Counted from the first letter of the stretch, positions 39,014 to 49,343 are shown. The stretch is DNA of 63,876 nucleotides from Candidatus Methylomirabilia bacterium (GCA_041492755.1 JBGPXN010000005.1:1-63876), one strand, 5' to 3'. The notes: generated by a model not told the origin, from the sequence alone. Numbers and translations are program-made.

Positions 39014-40207
39014 ATGGCGACGCCCGAGGAGCTGTTCAACCCGTTCCTGCCCGAGTTTCACGCCGATCCGTACCCGGCGTATCACCGCCTGCGGTCCATC
39101 GCGCCGGTGTACCAGACGCCGATGGGTTTCTGGGTGTTGACCCGCTACGACGACGTCGTCATGGCGTTGCGCGATCCGCGCTTCGGCCGCGACGGGTTCG
39201 ACCAACTGCTCGCCGCCATGTACGACACGGAGGGGTCCCGCCTTCCGCGGTCGATGCTGTTCCGTGATCCCCCCGATCACACCCGCCTGCGGGCGCTCGT
39301 GAGCAAGGCGTTCACCCCGCGGGTGATCGAGGGCATGCGCGCGCACATCCAGGACATCGTCGACCGGCTGCTGGATCGGGTCCAGCCCGCGGGGACGATG
39401 GACGTCATCGCGGATCTCGCGTATCCGCTGCCGGTGACCGTCATCTGCGAGATGCTCGGCGTCCCGCCGGAGGATCAGGGCAGCATCCGGCAGTGGTCCT
39501 CCGACGTCGCGCGGAGCCTCGACGCGATCGGGATCCCGGCCGATGAGGAGATCGTCGTCCGTGGACGGGAGGCGCGTCAGGCGCTCGGTGCGTACTTCCG
39601 CCGCCTGCTTCCCGAGCGTCGCCGGCAGCCTCAGGACGATCTCCTGAGCATGCTGATCGCCGCCGAGGAAGCGGGCGACAAGCTGTCCGAAGGCGAGCTG
39701 CTCGCCACCTGCGTGCTGCTGTTCATCGCCGGCCACGAGACGACGGTCAACCTGATCGGCAACGGGCTCCTGGCCCTGCTCCGTCATCCCGACCAGCTCG
39801 CGCGGCTTGCTGCCGAGCCGGCGCTGATTCAAAGCGCGGTCGAAGAGCTGCTCCGGTTCGACAGTCCCGTCCAGCGGACCGCCCGCATCACCAACGCCGA
39901 TGCCGAGATCGATGGCCACGCGATCGCGAAGGGCTCGCTGGTCGTCACCGCGATCGGCGCCGCCAACCGCGACCCGGCGCAGTTTCCCGACCCGGATCGC
40001 CTCGACATCGGCCGCCGGGACAACCGTCACGTGGCGTTCGGCTTCGGCATCCACTTCTGCCTGGGCGCGCCTCTGGCGCGGGTGGAAGGCCAGATCGCGC
40101 TCGGCACCATCATTCGGAGGATGCCGCGACTGGCGAGCGCGGGGACGCCGACGTGGCGGGAATCGTCGACGCTGCGCGGGCTCAAGACGTTTCCGGTCGC
40201 GTTCTGA
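39014..40207 (+). CDS. Cytochrome P450
   Basis: AGHETT, EELLR (ExxR), FGFGIHFCLG haem-binding Cys. Confidence 0.96.
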   Translation: MATPEELFNPFLPEFHADPYPAYHRLRSIAPVYQTPMGFWVLTRYDDVVMALRDPRFGRDGFDQLLAAMYDTEGSRLPRSMLFRDPPDHTRLRALVSKAFTPRVIEGMRAHIQDIVDRLLDRVQPAGTMDVIADLAYPLPVTVICEMLGVPPEDQGSIRQWSSDVARSLDAIGIPADEEIVVRGREARQALGAYFRRLLPERRRQPQDDLLSMLIAAEEAGDKLSEGELLATCVLLFIAGHETTVNLIGNGLLALLRHPDQLARLAAEPALIQSAVEELLRFDSPVQRTARITNADAEIDGHAIAKGSLVVTAIGAANRDPAQFPDPDRLDIGRRDNRHVAFGFGIHFCLGAPLARVEGQIALGTIIRRMPRLASAGTPTWRESSTLRGLKTFPVAF

Positions 40208-40281
40208 TCCTTCCGGCCACGTTCTGAACTTTCCGGCGACGTCGTAGCAGGTCCGGCCACGCCCGGAGGGGGAGTCTCGAC

Positions 40282-41121
40282 ATGGGACGGCTCGACAACA
40301 AGGTGGCGGTGATCACGGGGGGCGCGAGCGGGATCGGCGAGGCGACCGTGCGGCTGTTCACCAGCGAGGGCGCCCACGTCGTGATCGCCGACGTCCAGGC
40401 CGACCGCGGGCGCCGGCTCGCGGACGAGCTCGGCGCGCGCGCGAGCTTCCAGCACGTGGACGTCACGCGCGAAGCCGACGTTCGCGCGGCCGTCACCGAG
40501 ACGGTCGCGCGTCACGGGAAGCTCGACTGCCTGTTCAACAACGCGGGCTACGCTGGCGTGACGGGCGGCATCGAGACCATCTCGAGCGAGGGCTTCGATG
40601 AGACGATCGCCGTGCTCCTGCGCGGCGTCCTGCTCGGCATGAAGCACGCGGCGCCGGTGATGAAGCGCCAGGGCTCGGGGAGCATCATCAGCACCGCCAG
40701 CGTGGCCGGCCTGCGTGCGGGATACGGGCCGCACGTGTACAGCGCCGCCAAGGCCGCGGTCGTGCAGCTCACGCGCTCGGTCAGCATGGAGCTCAGCGAG
40801 AGCGGCGTCCGCGTGAACTGCATCTGTCCGGGAGGCATCGCCACCCCGATCTTCGGAAAGTCCGTCGGGCTGTCGCCCGAGGCCGCGGATCAGACGGTGG
40901 GGATCATGAAGGAAGCGCTTGCCGCGTTGCACCCGATCGGCCGCTCGGGCCTGCCGGACGACATCGCCCACGCGGCGCTGTGGTTGGCCAGCGACGACTC
41001 GAGCTTCGTGAACGGCCACGCGCTCGTGGTCGACGGCGGGCTGATCGGCGGCCGCAAGTGGTCCGATCAGCTCAGCGGACGCGCCGTGCTCCGCCAGCTA
41101 CTGGGCGTGAGCGACGCGTGA
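40282..41121 (+). CDS. Short-chain dehydrogenase/reductase
   Basis: TGGASGIG, FNNAG, YSAAK. Confidence 0.93.
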   Translation: MGRLDNKVAVITGGASGIGEATVRLFTSEGAHVVIADVQADRGRRLADELGARASFQHVDVTREADVRAAVTETVARHGKLDCLFNNAGYAGVTGGIETISSEGFDETIAVLLRGVLLGMKHAAPVMKRQGSGSIISTASVAGLRAGYGPHVYSAAKAAVVQLTRSVSMELSESGVRVNCICPGGIATPIFGKSVGLSPEAADQTVGIMKEALAALHPIGRSGLPDDIAHAALWLASDDSSFVNGHALVVDGGLIGGRKWSDQLSGRAVLRQLLGVSDA

Positions 41122-41161
41122 GGCCTGCGGTTCACAGCCACTCTGCTACACTTCGAGCACG

Positions 41162-41428
41162 ATGGACGCGCGTGACGTGAGAGCTTATGTCGAGCGGGAT
41201 TGGGGCGCGCTCGCGGCAGCCAAGCAGGAGCATTGGGCCCGCGAGTTCGCCGCGCGGGGCGCGCTGGCGACCTTCGACGCCTCGCAGGTGCTCTGGCGCC
41301 ACATGCGACAGCTCCACCCCGAGTGGCCGTCGGAAGGCGAGCGCCGCGAGGACCTGGCTCACCACGTGAGGCTGAAACGCGACCTCGATCGCGCCGCGAG
41401 TGCCGTCCGAGCGCTCACCCCTCGCTGA
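41162..41428 (+). CDS. Small hypothetical protein, putative antitoxin
   Basis: 88 aa helical ORF overlapping a nucleotidyltransferase gene; TACACT -10-like box upstream. Confidence 0.7.
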   Translation: MDARDVRAYVERDWGALAAAKQEHWAREFAARGALATFDASQVLWRHMRQLHPEWPSEGERREDLAHHVRLKRDLDRAASAVRALTPR

Positions 41429-41990
41429 GCTTCTCGCCGAGCTCGGGCAGGTCTTCGGCGACCTCGGCGTGCGCTGGTACCTGTTCGGGGCCCAAGCCGC
41501 AATCCTCTACGGCGCCGCCCGTCTCACCGCCGACGTGGACGTCACCGCCGAGCTCGGCAGCCGCCCGACCGTCGAGCTGGTCGACACTCTCACCGTTGCC
41601 GGATTCGACCTGCGAGTGGCCGACGCGACAGGGTGCGTCGAGCGCACGCGTGTCTTGCCGATGGTCCATCGCGCCACGGCGATTCCGGTGGACGTGGTGT
41701 TGGCGGGACCGGGCCTGGAGGAGCTGTTCCTGTCCCGCGCCACCGAGCGCTGGATCGGGGACGTCCGCGTCTTCGTGCTCGCCCCCGAGGATTTGGTCGC
41801 GACCAAGATCCTCGCCGGGCGGCCAAAGGATATCGAGGATGCGGCGAGCGTCGTGCGAACCCATGGCGAGCGGCTGGACGTCGAGCTCATCCGCACCACG
41901 CTGAGCTTGCTCGAGCGCGCCCTCGATCGGAGTGATCTGCTGCCCGAGCTCGAGCGCGTTCTCGAGCGGGGGCACCGTGGGACGCGGTGA
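41400..41990 (+). CDS. Nucleotidyltransferase (Pol-beta fold), putative toxin
   Basis: YLFGAQAA...TADVDV (G..DxD), PEDLVATKILAGRPKDIED. Confidence 0.8.
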   Translation: MPSERSPLAELLAELGQVFGDLGVRWYLFGAQAAILYGAARLTADVDVTAELGSRPTVELVDTLTVAGFDLRVADATGCVERTRVLPMVHRATAIPVDVVLAGPGLEELFLSRATERWIGDVRVFVLAPEDLVATKILAGRPKDIEDAASVVRTHGERLDVELIRTTLSLLERALDRSDLLPELERVLERGHRGTR

Positions 41991-42011
41991 AGGCCGCGCG
42001 GCGCCCGAGGA

Positions 42012-42794
42012 TCAGCCGAGAAAGCGCGCGACGGCGGCGGCGAAGGCCTTGGGCTGCTCCCAGGGCAGCATGTGCCCGGCGTTTTCGATCATCTCCACGC
42101 GTGCCGCTGGAACGAGCGCCTTCCAGCGCGCGGCGTACACGGGGACGATCAGCCGGTCCGCCGAGCCCCAGAGCACGAGCGTCTCTGCGCTGAGGCGGTA
42201 GAGGCGCTTGGACAGTCGCCGGTTCGGAATCGGAAAGAGGATCTTGCCGGCCATGGCCAGCCGCCGCTGGTTGCCGACGTAGAAGGTTTCGAGCGCCTTC
42301 ATGTCGGTGAGGTCGGCGCCGCCGGTGAGCAGGACGGCGCCCCGCGCCGGGTCGTGGAACAGCGCCTCCGCGATCTGATACGGCAGCAGCGCGAAGATGT
42401 CCGGGATCGGGTGCTCGTCCATCCAGAGGCCGGCCGCGCCCACCAGGACGAGCTTGGCGACGTCACGCGGCGCGGTGCACGCCATCTCCGCGGCGATCAT
42501 GCCGCCCATCGAGTGGCCGACCAGGTGCGGCTGGCTGAGGCTGAGCGCGTCGACCAGGTCCCAGCCGTGCAGCGTGAAGTCGAGCATGTCCTCGAGCAGC
42601 TCGTCGCCCGTCGACTCGCCGTAGCCCGGCCACTCCGGGGCGAAGACGTGGTAGCGCTGCGCGAGCACGTCGAGGAACGGATTCTCGGCGAGCAGGCCGC
42701 CGGCACCGTGCAGGAAGACCAACGGCGCGCCGCTGCCCCCCTCCAGCACGCGGCAGCGCGTGCCCTTCTTCGTGTCGACCACCTGCCACTTCAT
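42012..42794 (-). CDS. Alpha/beta hydrolase
   Basis: FLHGAGG, GHSMGG, WGSAD, AGH. ATG overlaps the LLM stop. Confidence 0.9.
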   Translation of the reverse strand: MKWQVVDTKKGTRCRVLEGGSGAPLVFLHGAGGLLAENPFLDVLAQRYHVFAPEWPGYGESTGDELLEDMLDFTLHGWDLVDALSLSQPHLVGHSMGGMIAAEMACTAPRDVAKLVLVGAAGLWMDEHPIPDIFALLPYQIAEALFHDPARGAVLLTGGADLTDMKALETFYVGNQRRLAMAGKILFPIPNRRLSKRLYRLSAETLVLWGSADRLIVPVYAARWKALVPAARVEMIENAGHMLPWEQPKAFAAAVARFLG

Positions 42795-44056
42795 CGCGGC
42801 CACTCGCCCCCCACGACGTCGGCGCCGGGGTGGCGCTCCTCGGGGTGGATGCGGTCGTCCATCGGGTGCATCCACCAGCGCTCGTCGTGCTTCCACTCCG
42901 GCCAGAGATCGCGCAGGTGCGGCATGACCTGCTCGGCGAAAAGCTTGCTCGAGTGGCGCGTTTTCCAGTCCGGCATGTTGCCGTTGTGCATGAGGCAGAA
43001 CAGGTGGCCGATGCGCAGCCCCTTGATGCACTCCTCGAGCTGCTGGCGCACGGTGGCCGGGCTGCCCGCGATCACGAAGCGCTCGTCCACGAGCTGCTTC
43101 CACGTGAGGTTTTCGAGGATCTTCTGGCGGGCCAGCGTGAGTTGGGAGAGCGCCCCGTACTTGATGGTCGCCATCGTCCGGTACCCGGCGGGGTCGGCGA
43201 AGGGCGGGAAGACGTGCAGGCACCGGTTGAAGAAGTAGAGGCAGTGCTCGGCGTAGAGCCGCTCGGCCTCGGCGTCGGTGTCGGCCACGCAGATGATCTG
43301 GGCGAACGCCGCCCGGTACGGTGACTCGTCCTTGCCCCGCTTGGCCACGCGCTCCCAGTAGCCGTCCAGCAGCGACTTGCCGCGCAGGTAGCCGAAGAAG
43401 GACAGGTACGAATAGTTGTAGTCGTGATCGAGACAGAAGTCCCAGGTCTCGATGGACCCGCCGCCGGGAATGTAGATCGGCGGGTGCGGCTTCTGGATCG
43501 GCTTGGGCCAGCAGTTCACCCAGCGGAGCTGGTTGTACTTGCCGTCGAAGGCGAACGGCTCCTCGCTCGCCCACGCCTTCATGATCAGGTCGTGCGCCTC
43601 GCGGTACTTGTCGCGGGTGAGCGCGGGGATCTGGCCGTAGCAGAAATTCGTGTCCATCGGCGTGCCCACCGGGAAGCCCGCCACCAGGCGGCCGCCCGAG
43701 ATCACGTCAAGCATGGCGAACTCCTCGGCGACGCGGATGGGCGGGTTGTAGCCGGCGATGGAGTTGCCGATGACGCAGATGGCCGCCCGGCTCGTGCGGC
43801 GGGCCAGGCCGGCGGCAATGATGTTCGGGGACGGCATGAGCCCGTAGCCGTTCTGGTGGTGCTCGTTGCAGCCGATACCGTCGAAGCCCAGCGTCTCCGC
43901 GTACTCGAGCTGGTCCATGTACGTGTGGTAGACGTGGTGGCCCTTGCGCGGGTCGTAGAGGGTGTTGGGGATGTCGACCCACACGCTGCGATGCTTCTCG
44001 CGGAAGTCGTCGGGGAGGTACGGCCACGGCATGAGGTTGAACCAGGTGAATTTCAT
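42791..44056 (-). CDS. Luciferase-like (LLM) flavin-dependent monooxygenase
   Basis: GFDGIGCNEHH, RVAEEFAMLDVISGGRLVAG, PKPIQKPHPPI. Confidence 0.93.
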   Translation of the reverse strand: MKFTWFNLMPWPYLPDDFREKHRSVWVDIPNTLYDPRKGHHVYHTYMDQLEYAETLGFDGIGCNEHHQNGYGLMPSPNIIAAGLARRTSRAAICVIGNSIAGYNPPIRVAEEFAMLDVISGGRLVAGFPVGTPMDTNFCYGQIPALTRDKYREAHDLIMKAWASEEPFAFDGKYNQLRWVNCWPKPIQKPHPPIYIPGGGSIETWDFCLDHDYNYSYLSFFGYLRGKSLLDGYWERVAKRGKDESPYRAAFAQIICVADTDAEAERLYAEHCLYFFNRCLHVFPPFADPAGYRTMATIKYGALSQLTLARQKILENLTWKQLVDERFVIAGSPATVRQQLEECIKGLRIGHLFCLMHNGNMPDWKTRHSSKLFAEQVMPHLRDLWPEWKHDERWWMHPMDDRIHPEERHPGADVVGGEWPR

Positions 44057-44252
44057 CAGTCGGGCCTCCGCGCGAGAAAGCATAGCGCGTTTCAAGCCCG
44101 CTGCGTTTGGTGATGAGCAGATGACCGCCGCGAATCGAGAGTAGCGGACGATGTCCGTTCCAGGGGGTCACCGGTTAGTGACCCGGAGAACTGCCGACTA
44201 GCGAATCCATGTCGTGTTGCCGTAAGAGCGCACCCATCTCGGAGAGAATGGT

Positions 44253-44520
44253 ATGGCTGACGAAGAGAAAGCCGATATCAGCGGATTGTTAGCGTTACTT
44301 GGCTCTGCGCCGTACACGATCACGGGCCAGTGGTATTACAGGCAGGCGATCCCGCTCGACGGCTTCAAGTTTGTCCGCTGCAGATTTGATAGCTGCTCGG
44401 TTTCCACCGAGAAAGGCACGTTCTCGCTCGAGCATTGTTTTTTCTCGGCATGCACTTTCTTCGTTCGGAACGAAGCAAAGACTGCTGTTCAACTCGTGAG
44501 TCTCGTCGTACCTGAGAGAT
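44253..44520 (+). pseudogene. Lower-GC hypothetical gene fragment, truncated at a junction with top6B-derived DNA
   Basis: Visibly AT-richer. LDGFKFVRCRFDSC..LEHCFFSACTF reads like a real protein, then the frame runs into top6B sequence. Confidence 0.5.
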
Positions 44521-44591
44521 CAGCCGAAGAAGGCGATCCGCTCCTCTATCAGCCGTCCGCGTGCGCGATCACCAGGGCGGTGCTCGACACC
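44521..44591 (+). repeat. Two-piece remnant of top6B (duplicates 49562-49584 joined to 49652-49705)
   Basis: CAGcCGAAGAAGGCGaTCCGCT + CCTCTATCAGCCGTCCGCGTGCGCGATCACCAGGGCGGTGCTCGACACC matches two separate segments of the top6B fragment. Confidence 0.85.
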
Positions 44592-44627
44592 CGCGGATCA
44601 GCAGGCGCTCACGACCCGGATCACCCT

Positions 44628-45479
44628 TTACTTGATCGCCCCGGCGGTGAAGCCGGCGATGAAGCGGTCGACGAAGAAGTTGTAGAGGATGGCGATGGGC
44701 ACGCTGGCGATGAAGCAGCCGGCCATGAGCGAGCCCCAGAAGTAGACGTCGCCGCGCACCAGGAACGTCGGCACGCCGACGCTCACCGTGAAGTTCTGCG
44801 CCGCGGTGATGAAGGTCAGCCCGTAGACGAACTCCTGCATCACCAGGGTCAGGCTGAAGATGACGACGGTCAGGAGCCCGGCCACCGAGATCGGGATGAC
44901 GACCTTGACGAACGCCCCGAAGCGGCTGTAGCCGTCGATCATGGCCGCCTCTTCCAGGTCGCGCGGGATCGCCTTGAAGAAGCCCATCATGAGCCAGGTG
45001 CAGAAGGGCACCGTGAACGACGGATAGACGACCACCAGCGACCAGAGCGAGTCCTGGAGGCCGAGGTCGGAGACGACGCGCGCCATGGGCAGGAAGAGCA
45101 GCGTGGGCGGCACCAGGTACGTGAGGAAGATCGCGATGCCGAGGTGCTCGCCCCAGCGACCGGTCAATCGAGCCAGGGCGTAGCCGGCCGGCACCGCGAG
45201 CACGAGCGTGATCGCCACCACCACGGCGCCCACGAAGAGGGTGTTGCCGAGCCACCGCAGGTAGAGCGTGTCGAAGAAGAGCACGCGCAGGTTCTCGAGC
45301 GTGGGGGGATCGTTGTAGATGAAGGGGTTGTTGGCGTGCTTGAGCAGGTCGCTGGTCGTCTTGAACGTCGTGATCAGCATCCAGTAGAAGGGAAACGCGC
45401 TGAACACCGTGAAGAAGACCAGCACGGCGGCGTGGACGCTCCGTTCCGCCCACCGCCTGCCGGCGCCGGTCACGCTCAC
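44628..45479 (-). CDS. Carbohydrate ABC transporter permease (MalG-like)
   Basis: FPFYWM, EEAAMIDG (EAA motif), WGSLMAG. Confidence 0.92.
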   Translation of the reverse strand: MSVTGAGRRWAERSVHAAVLVFFTVFSAFPFYWMLITTFKTTSDLLKHANNPFIYNDPPTLENLRVLFFDTLYLRWLGNTLFVGAVVVAITLVLAVPAGYALARLTGRWGEHLGIAIFLTYLVPPTLLFLPMARVVSDLGLQDSLWSLVVVYPSFTVPFCTWLMMGFFKAIPRDLEEAAMIDGYSRFGAFVKVVIPISVAGLLTVVIFSLTLVMQEFVYGLTFITAAQNFTVSVGVPTFLVRGDVYFWGSLMAGCFIASVPIAILYNFFVDRFIAGFTAGAIK

Positions 45480-46384
45480 ACCACCTCGCTGCGGCGGGCC
45501 ACGCGCAGGAGCAGGATCGCCACGGCCACCAGCAGCGGGAAGAGAAAGACGGCCACCGCCGCCCCCTCGGCCACGTCGCCCGCCTGCACCCCGGTGAAGA
45601 AGGCCAGGCTCGCCAGCACCTGCGTGGTGTCGTAGGGCCCGCCCCGCGTCAGCACGAAGATGACGATCATGTCGGTGAACGCCAGCACGAGGCCGAAGAG
45701 TCCGGCCACCAGCATGATCGGGCGGATCAGCGGCAGCGTGATCTGGAACAGGTGGCGGAGGAAGCTCGCGCCGTCCATTTGGGCGGCGTCGTGGATGTCC
45801 TGGGGGATCGAGGTGAGCCCCGCCAGCAGGATCACGGTGGCCAGCGGCAGGATACGCCACACGTGGACGGTCACGATCGAGCCCATCGCCAGATAGGGAA
45901 CGCCGAGCCACATGAACCGGTCGCCGGGGCCGAGGAACCCCATCGCCTGCAGCGTCCAGTTGAGCACGCTGTAGGTGGAGTCGAGGATCCACAGCCACCC
46001 GATGGTGCCGAGCGAGATCGGCGCCACCCACGGCAGGAGGATGAGGAGGCGCACGAACCACTTCCCGCGGAAGTCCCTGAGGAGGGCGAGCGCGAGGATC
46101 GTGCCGAGCACCATCACGAGCACCTGCGCGGTGATGGCGAAGACGAACGTGTTGACGAGCGAGGTCTGGAACTTCGTGGTGCCCGCGACGCTGATGAAGT
46201 TCCGGAGCCCCACGAACCCCAGCGTGCGGCTCCCCATGCTGATGTCGCTCACGCTGTAATAGAGCGCCAGCACGAACGGCACCCCGATCAGCAGCACGAT
46301 GTAGAGCACGGCGGGCCCGATCATGAGCGGCCCGAGCCACTCCGGCCGGTCGAGGAGGGAGCCGCGACCTCCGCGATTCGTCAC
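45476..46384 (-). CDS. Carbohydrate ABC transporter permease (MalF-like)
   Basis: FVGLRNF, LAGLTSIPQDIHDAAQMDGA, LTRGGP. Confidence 0.92.
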   Translation of the reverse strand: MTNRGGRGSLLDRPEWLGPLMIGPAVLYIVLLIGVPFVLALYYSVSDISMGSRTLGFVGLRNFISVAGTTKFQTSLVNTFVFAITAQVLVMVLGTILALALLRDFRGKWFVRLLILLPWVAPISLGTIGWLWILDSTYSVLNWTLQAMGFLGPGDRFMWLGVPYLAMGSIVTVHVWRILPLATVILLAGLTSIPQDIHDAAQMDGASFLRHLFQITLPLIRPIMLVAGLFGLVLAFTDMIVIFVLTRGGPYDTTQVLASLAFFTGVQAGDVAEGAAVAVFLFPLLVAVAILLLRVARRSEVV

Positions 46385-47412
46385 AGCGCGCGCGGCGTCG
46401 TCCGGCGCCCGGTCTGCCGGTCGAAGAACTTGAGGTCTCGGACGGGCACGGCGAAGTCCTGGGTCTGGCCGACGACGACGGGCGTGGTCACCGTGGACGG
46501 CAGCCGCGCGATCACCTTGGCGTCGCGGAACCTGGCCGCCGGCGTGCCGTACACGAGCCGGTCGGCGCCCAGGTACTCCTGCCGCTGGACCTCGAGCGGC
46601 AGCGTCAAGAGCTCGCCGTCTTCCCGCTGGACCGCACGCGGCAGGAAGTGCTCGGGCCGGAAGCCCACCAGCACGTCGGGCCCGTCCACGAGGTTCATCG
46701 GCGGCGAGCCGAGGAATCCGGCCACGAAGGTGTCGGCCGGCTCGTCGTAGACCTCCGTGGGCGAGCCGATCTGACGCACCTTGCCGCCTTGCATGACGGC
46801 GATCCGGTCACCGAGGCCCATGGCCTCGACCTGGTCGTGCGTCACGTAGATGGTCGTGGTGGCGATGCGGCGCTGGAACTGCTGCAGCTCCTCGCGGGCC
46901 GAGGTCCTTAGCTTGGCGTCGAGGTTGGAGAGCGGCTCGTCGAGCAGGAACACCGCCGGCTCGCGAATCACCGCCCGGGCCAGCGCCACGCGCTGGCGCT
47001 CGCCGCCCGACAGCTGGCGCGGCTTGCGATCGAGCAGGCGCTCGATGCCGAAGAGCGAGGCGGCCCACTGCACCTTGCCCGGGATCTCCGCCCGCGCCAC
47101 GCCCTGCGCCTTGAGCGGGAAGGCGATGTTCTTGTACACGGTCAAGTGCGGATAGAGCGCGTAGCTCTGGAAGACCATGGCGATCTTCCGGGCGCGCGGC
47201 GGCAGATCGTTCACCACCTGCCCGCCGATGAGGATCTCGCCCGAGGTTGGACGCTCGAGCCCGGCCAGCATGCGTAGCAGGGTGGTCTTGCCGCAGCCCG
47301 ACGGGCCGAGCAGGACGAGGAACTCGCCTTCCTTGGTGGCGAGGTCCACGCCGTCCACGGCCCATACGTCACCGAACTGCTTTCTGACGTCCCTGGTCTC
47401 GACAGTGGCCAT
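46381..47412 (-). CDS. Carbohydrate ABC transporter ATPase (MalK-like)
   Basis: GPSGCGKTT, LSGGERQR, DEPLSNLD, THDQVEAM. Confidence 0.94.
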   Translation of the reverse strand: MATVETRDVRKQFGDVWAVDGVDLATKEGEFLVLLGPSGCGKTTLLRMLAGLERPTSGEILIGGQVVNDLPPRARKIAMVFQSYALYPHLTVYKNIAFPLKAQGVARAEIPGKVQWAASLFGIERLLDRKPRQLSGGERQRVALARAVIREPAVFLLDEPLSNLDAKLRTSAREELQQFQRRIATTTIYVTHDQVEAMGLGDRIAVMQGGKVRQIGSPTEVYDEPADTFVAGFLGSPPMNLVDGPDVLVGFRPEHFLPRAVQREDGELLTLPLEVQRQEYLGADRLVYGTPAARFRDAKVIARLPSTVTTPVVVGQTQDFAVPVRDLKFFDRQTGRRTTPRAL

Positions 47413-47472
47413 GCGTGAGAGCGAGCGGGCGGAGACCCCGGACGCCCCGAGGTCTCCGCCGCGCGCGGCGGG

Positions 47473-48816
47473 CTAGACCAGCCCCTTGTCCTTCCACTTG
47501 GCGAAGATGCGCTTGCAGGCGGCGTCGGCCTCCTTGAGCGCCTCCTCCGGCGAGGTGGAGCCGCTGGCCGCCTTGGCGAACATGACGTTCAGCACCCAGG
47601 TGCCGAAGATCTCGTCGATGGCCGCGGTGGCGTAGCCCGGGTAGCCGACGTTGGTGGCCCAGTTGAGCACGTCGTCGAGCACCTTGTACTTGGCGGGCGG
47701 GTGGGCCTTCGGGTCGCTGGCGATGAGCTTCTTCAGGTCGGGCACGGTCTTCTCGAAGCACGGGAAGTCGTAGAACTCGCCGGCGCGGAAGGCCTCGGCG
47801 AAGTTCGTCCCGTAGTCGACGAGGAACTTCTTGGCCCCGTCGATGTTCTCGGCGAACTTCCAGGTCACGTAGCACTGCATGACGTGCTCGAGCCCGATCG
47901 CCCGGACGGGCCCGCGCAGAGCCTTGGTGAGCTGGATCTTCTGCGAGATCTCGGGGTTGTCCTTCTCCGCGGTCCGGGTGATCGAGATGGCGTTGAGGGC
48001 CAGCGAGATGGTGCCGGCGATCATCGCCCGGTTGTTGGACGAGGCGTCCCAGGTGAAGACCTCGGGCGTCATCGTCTCGGTGAAGAGCGCCTTGACGAAC
48101 TTGACGGCCTCCAGCGTCTGCTTCGAATTCAGGGTCAGGTTCCCGTTCTGGTCCTGCTCGTGGGCGCCGAAGGCGTACATGATCGTGCGCATGGCCATCC
48201 CGGTGTCGATCTCGTTCGCGAGGCCGATGCCCACCGGAATGTTCCGCTTCTTCTTGATCTCCGCGCCCTTCTTCCGCACGTCGTCCCACGTCTTCGGACC
48301 GCCGGCCATCCCGACCTCGCCGAACAGGTCCTCGCGGTAGTTGACCGGGTCGGGGGTGAAGGACGGCGAGAAGGCGTAGTACTTCTTCGTCTTCGGGTTG
48401 TAGGTGCTCTTCACCGCGAGGTCGATCGGCTTGCCGAACTTCTTCTCGAGCTCCTGGTAAACGTCCTTCATGTCGACCGCCTGCTCCTCGAAGGACGGCG
48501 GCGGCCAGTTGAACATGAATAGATCGTGGCCCTTCTGGGCGGAGACCTCGGCGGCCGCGCGCGCGTTGAGGCCGGCCAGGCCGATGTTGTCGACGGTCAC
48601 CTCGGTGTCGTTCTTCTGCCCCCATTCCACGACGTACTTCTTGTTGAACCACTCGTCGTAGGCGGGGACGAAGTGCACCCACTGCAGGATCCGCAGCTTC
48701 TTGCTGGCCGCGCGCGCCAGGCGGGGCCGGCTCACGTGAGCCGCGACGCCCACCGCCAGCGCTCCGGTCCCGGTCGTTCTGAGGAAGTCTCGACGGTTCA
48801 CGGTGCCGTTACCCAT
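47473..48816 (-). CDS. Tat-exported carbohydrate ABC substrate-binding protein
   Basis: NRRDFL Tat signal; first gene of the ABC operon. Confidence 0.88.
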   Translation of the reverse strand: MGNGTVNRRDFLRTTGTGALAVGVAAHVSRPRLARAASKKLRILQWVHFVPAYDEWFNKKYVVEWGQKNDTEVTVDNIGLAGLNARAAAEVSAQKGHDLFMFNWPPPSFEEQAVDMKDVYQELEKKFGKPIDLAVKSTYNPKTKKYYAFSPSFTPDPVNYREDLFGEVGMAGGPKTWDDVRKKGAEIKKKRNIPVGIGLANEIDTGMAMRTIMYAFGAHEQDQNGNLTLNSKQTLEAVKFVKALFTETMTPEVFTWDASSNNRAMIAGTISLALNAISITRTAEKDNPEISQKIQLTKALRGPVRAIGLEHVMQCYVTWKFAENIDGAKKFLVDYGTNFAEAFRAGEFYDFPCFEKTVPDLKKLIASDPKAHPPAKYKVLDDVLNWATNVGYPGYATAAIDEIFGTWVLNVMFAKAASGSTSPEEALKEADAACKRIFAKWKDKGLV

Positions 48817-48971
48817 AGCTCCGCTCCTTTGTGGGTTGGGGTCGGCGGGGGATAGTTGATGTTATTACCCGCTCGGACCTCGCCGTGTCAAGGGGAGCCA
48901 CGTGCGGCATGCCGGGCGCCGCGCCGGGCGTCTACCGGCCGAGCGGCGGCTCGCCGTGACCGCCGGCGCGC

Positions 48972-49343
48972 TCAGGCGATTCGCTTGAAGGCGCGACTGA
49001 ACGCCGCCTCCGATTCGTAGCCGACCTCCAGCGCCACCGCGGAGACCTTGGCGGCGCCTTCGTCCAGCCGGCGGGCCGCCACCTGCATCCGCCAGTGGGT
49101 GAGGTACTGCATCGGCGGCTGGCCCACGAAATGCCTGAAGCGCTCCGCCAGGACCGAGCGCGACCCCCGACGTCACGCGCAAGCATATCCAGCGTCCAGG
49201 GATCGGCGGGCCGCCGGTGGAGCAGGGTCAGTGCACGCCCCACCAGCGGCTCCCGCAACCCCGCCAGCCAGCCCGTCTGCTCCGCGGGTAGCGTCGCGAG
49301 ATAGCGCCGTACGACCTCGACGAACATCAGCTCGCTGAGACGC
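48972..49343 (-). pseudogene. AraC-family regulator, C-terminal fragment with a frameshift
   Basis: RLSELMFVE...PWTLDMLARDVG, frame change near 49165-49175, then SVLAERF...PPMQYLTHWRMQ...VGYESEAAFSRAFKR. No N-terminus. Confidence 0.85.

Noticed and set aside
44253-45635. 460-aa ORF as a real gene
   Set aside because: It is a composite of a foreign fragment, a top6B remnant and the antisense of the ABC permease.
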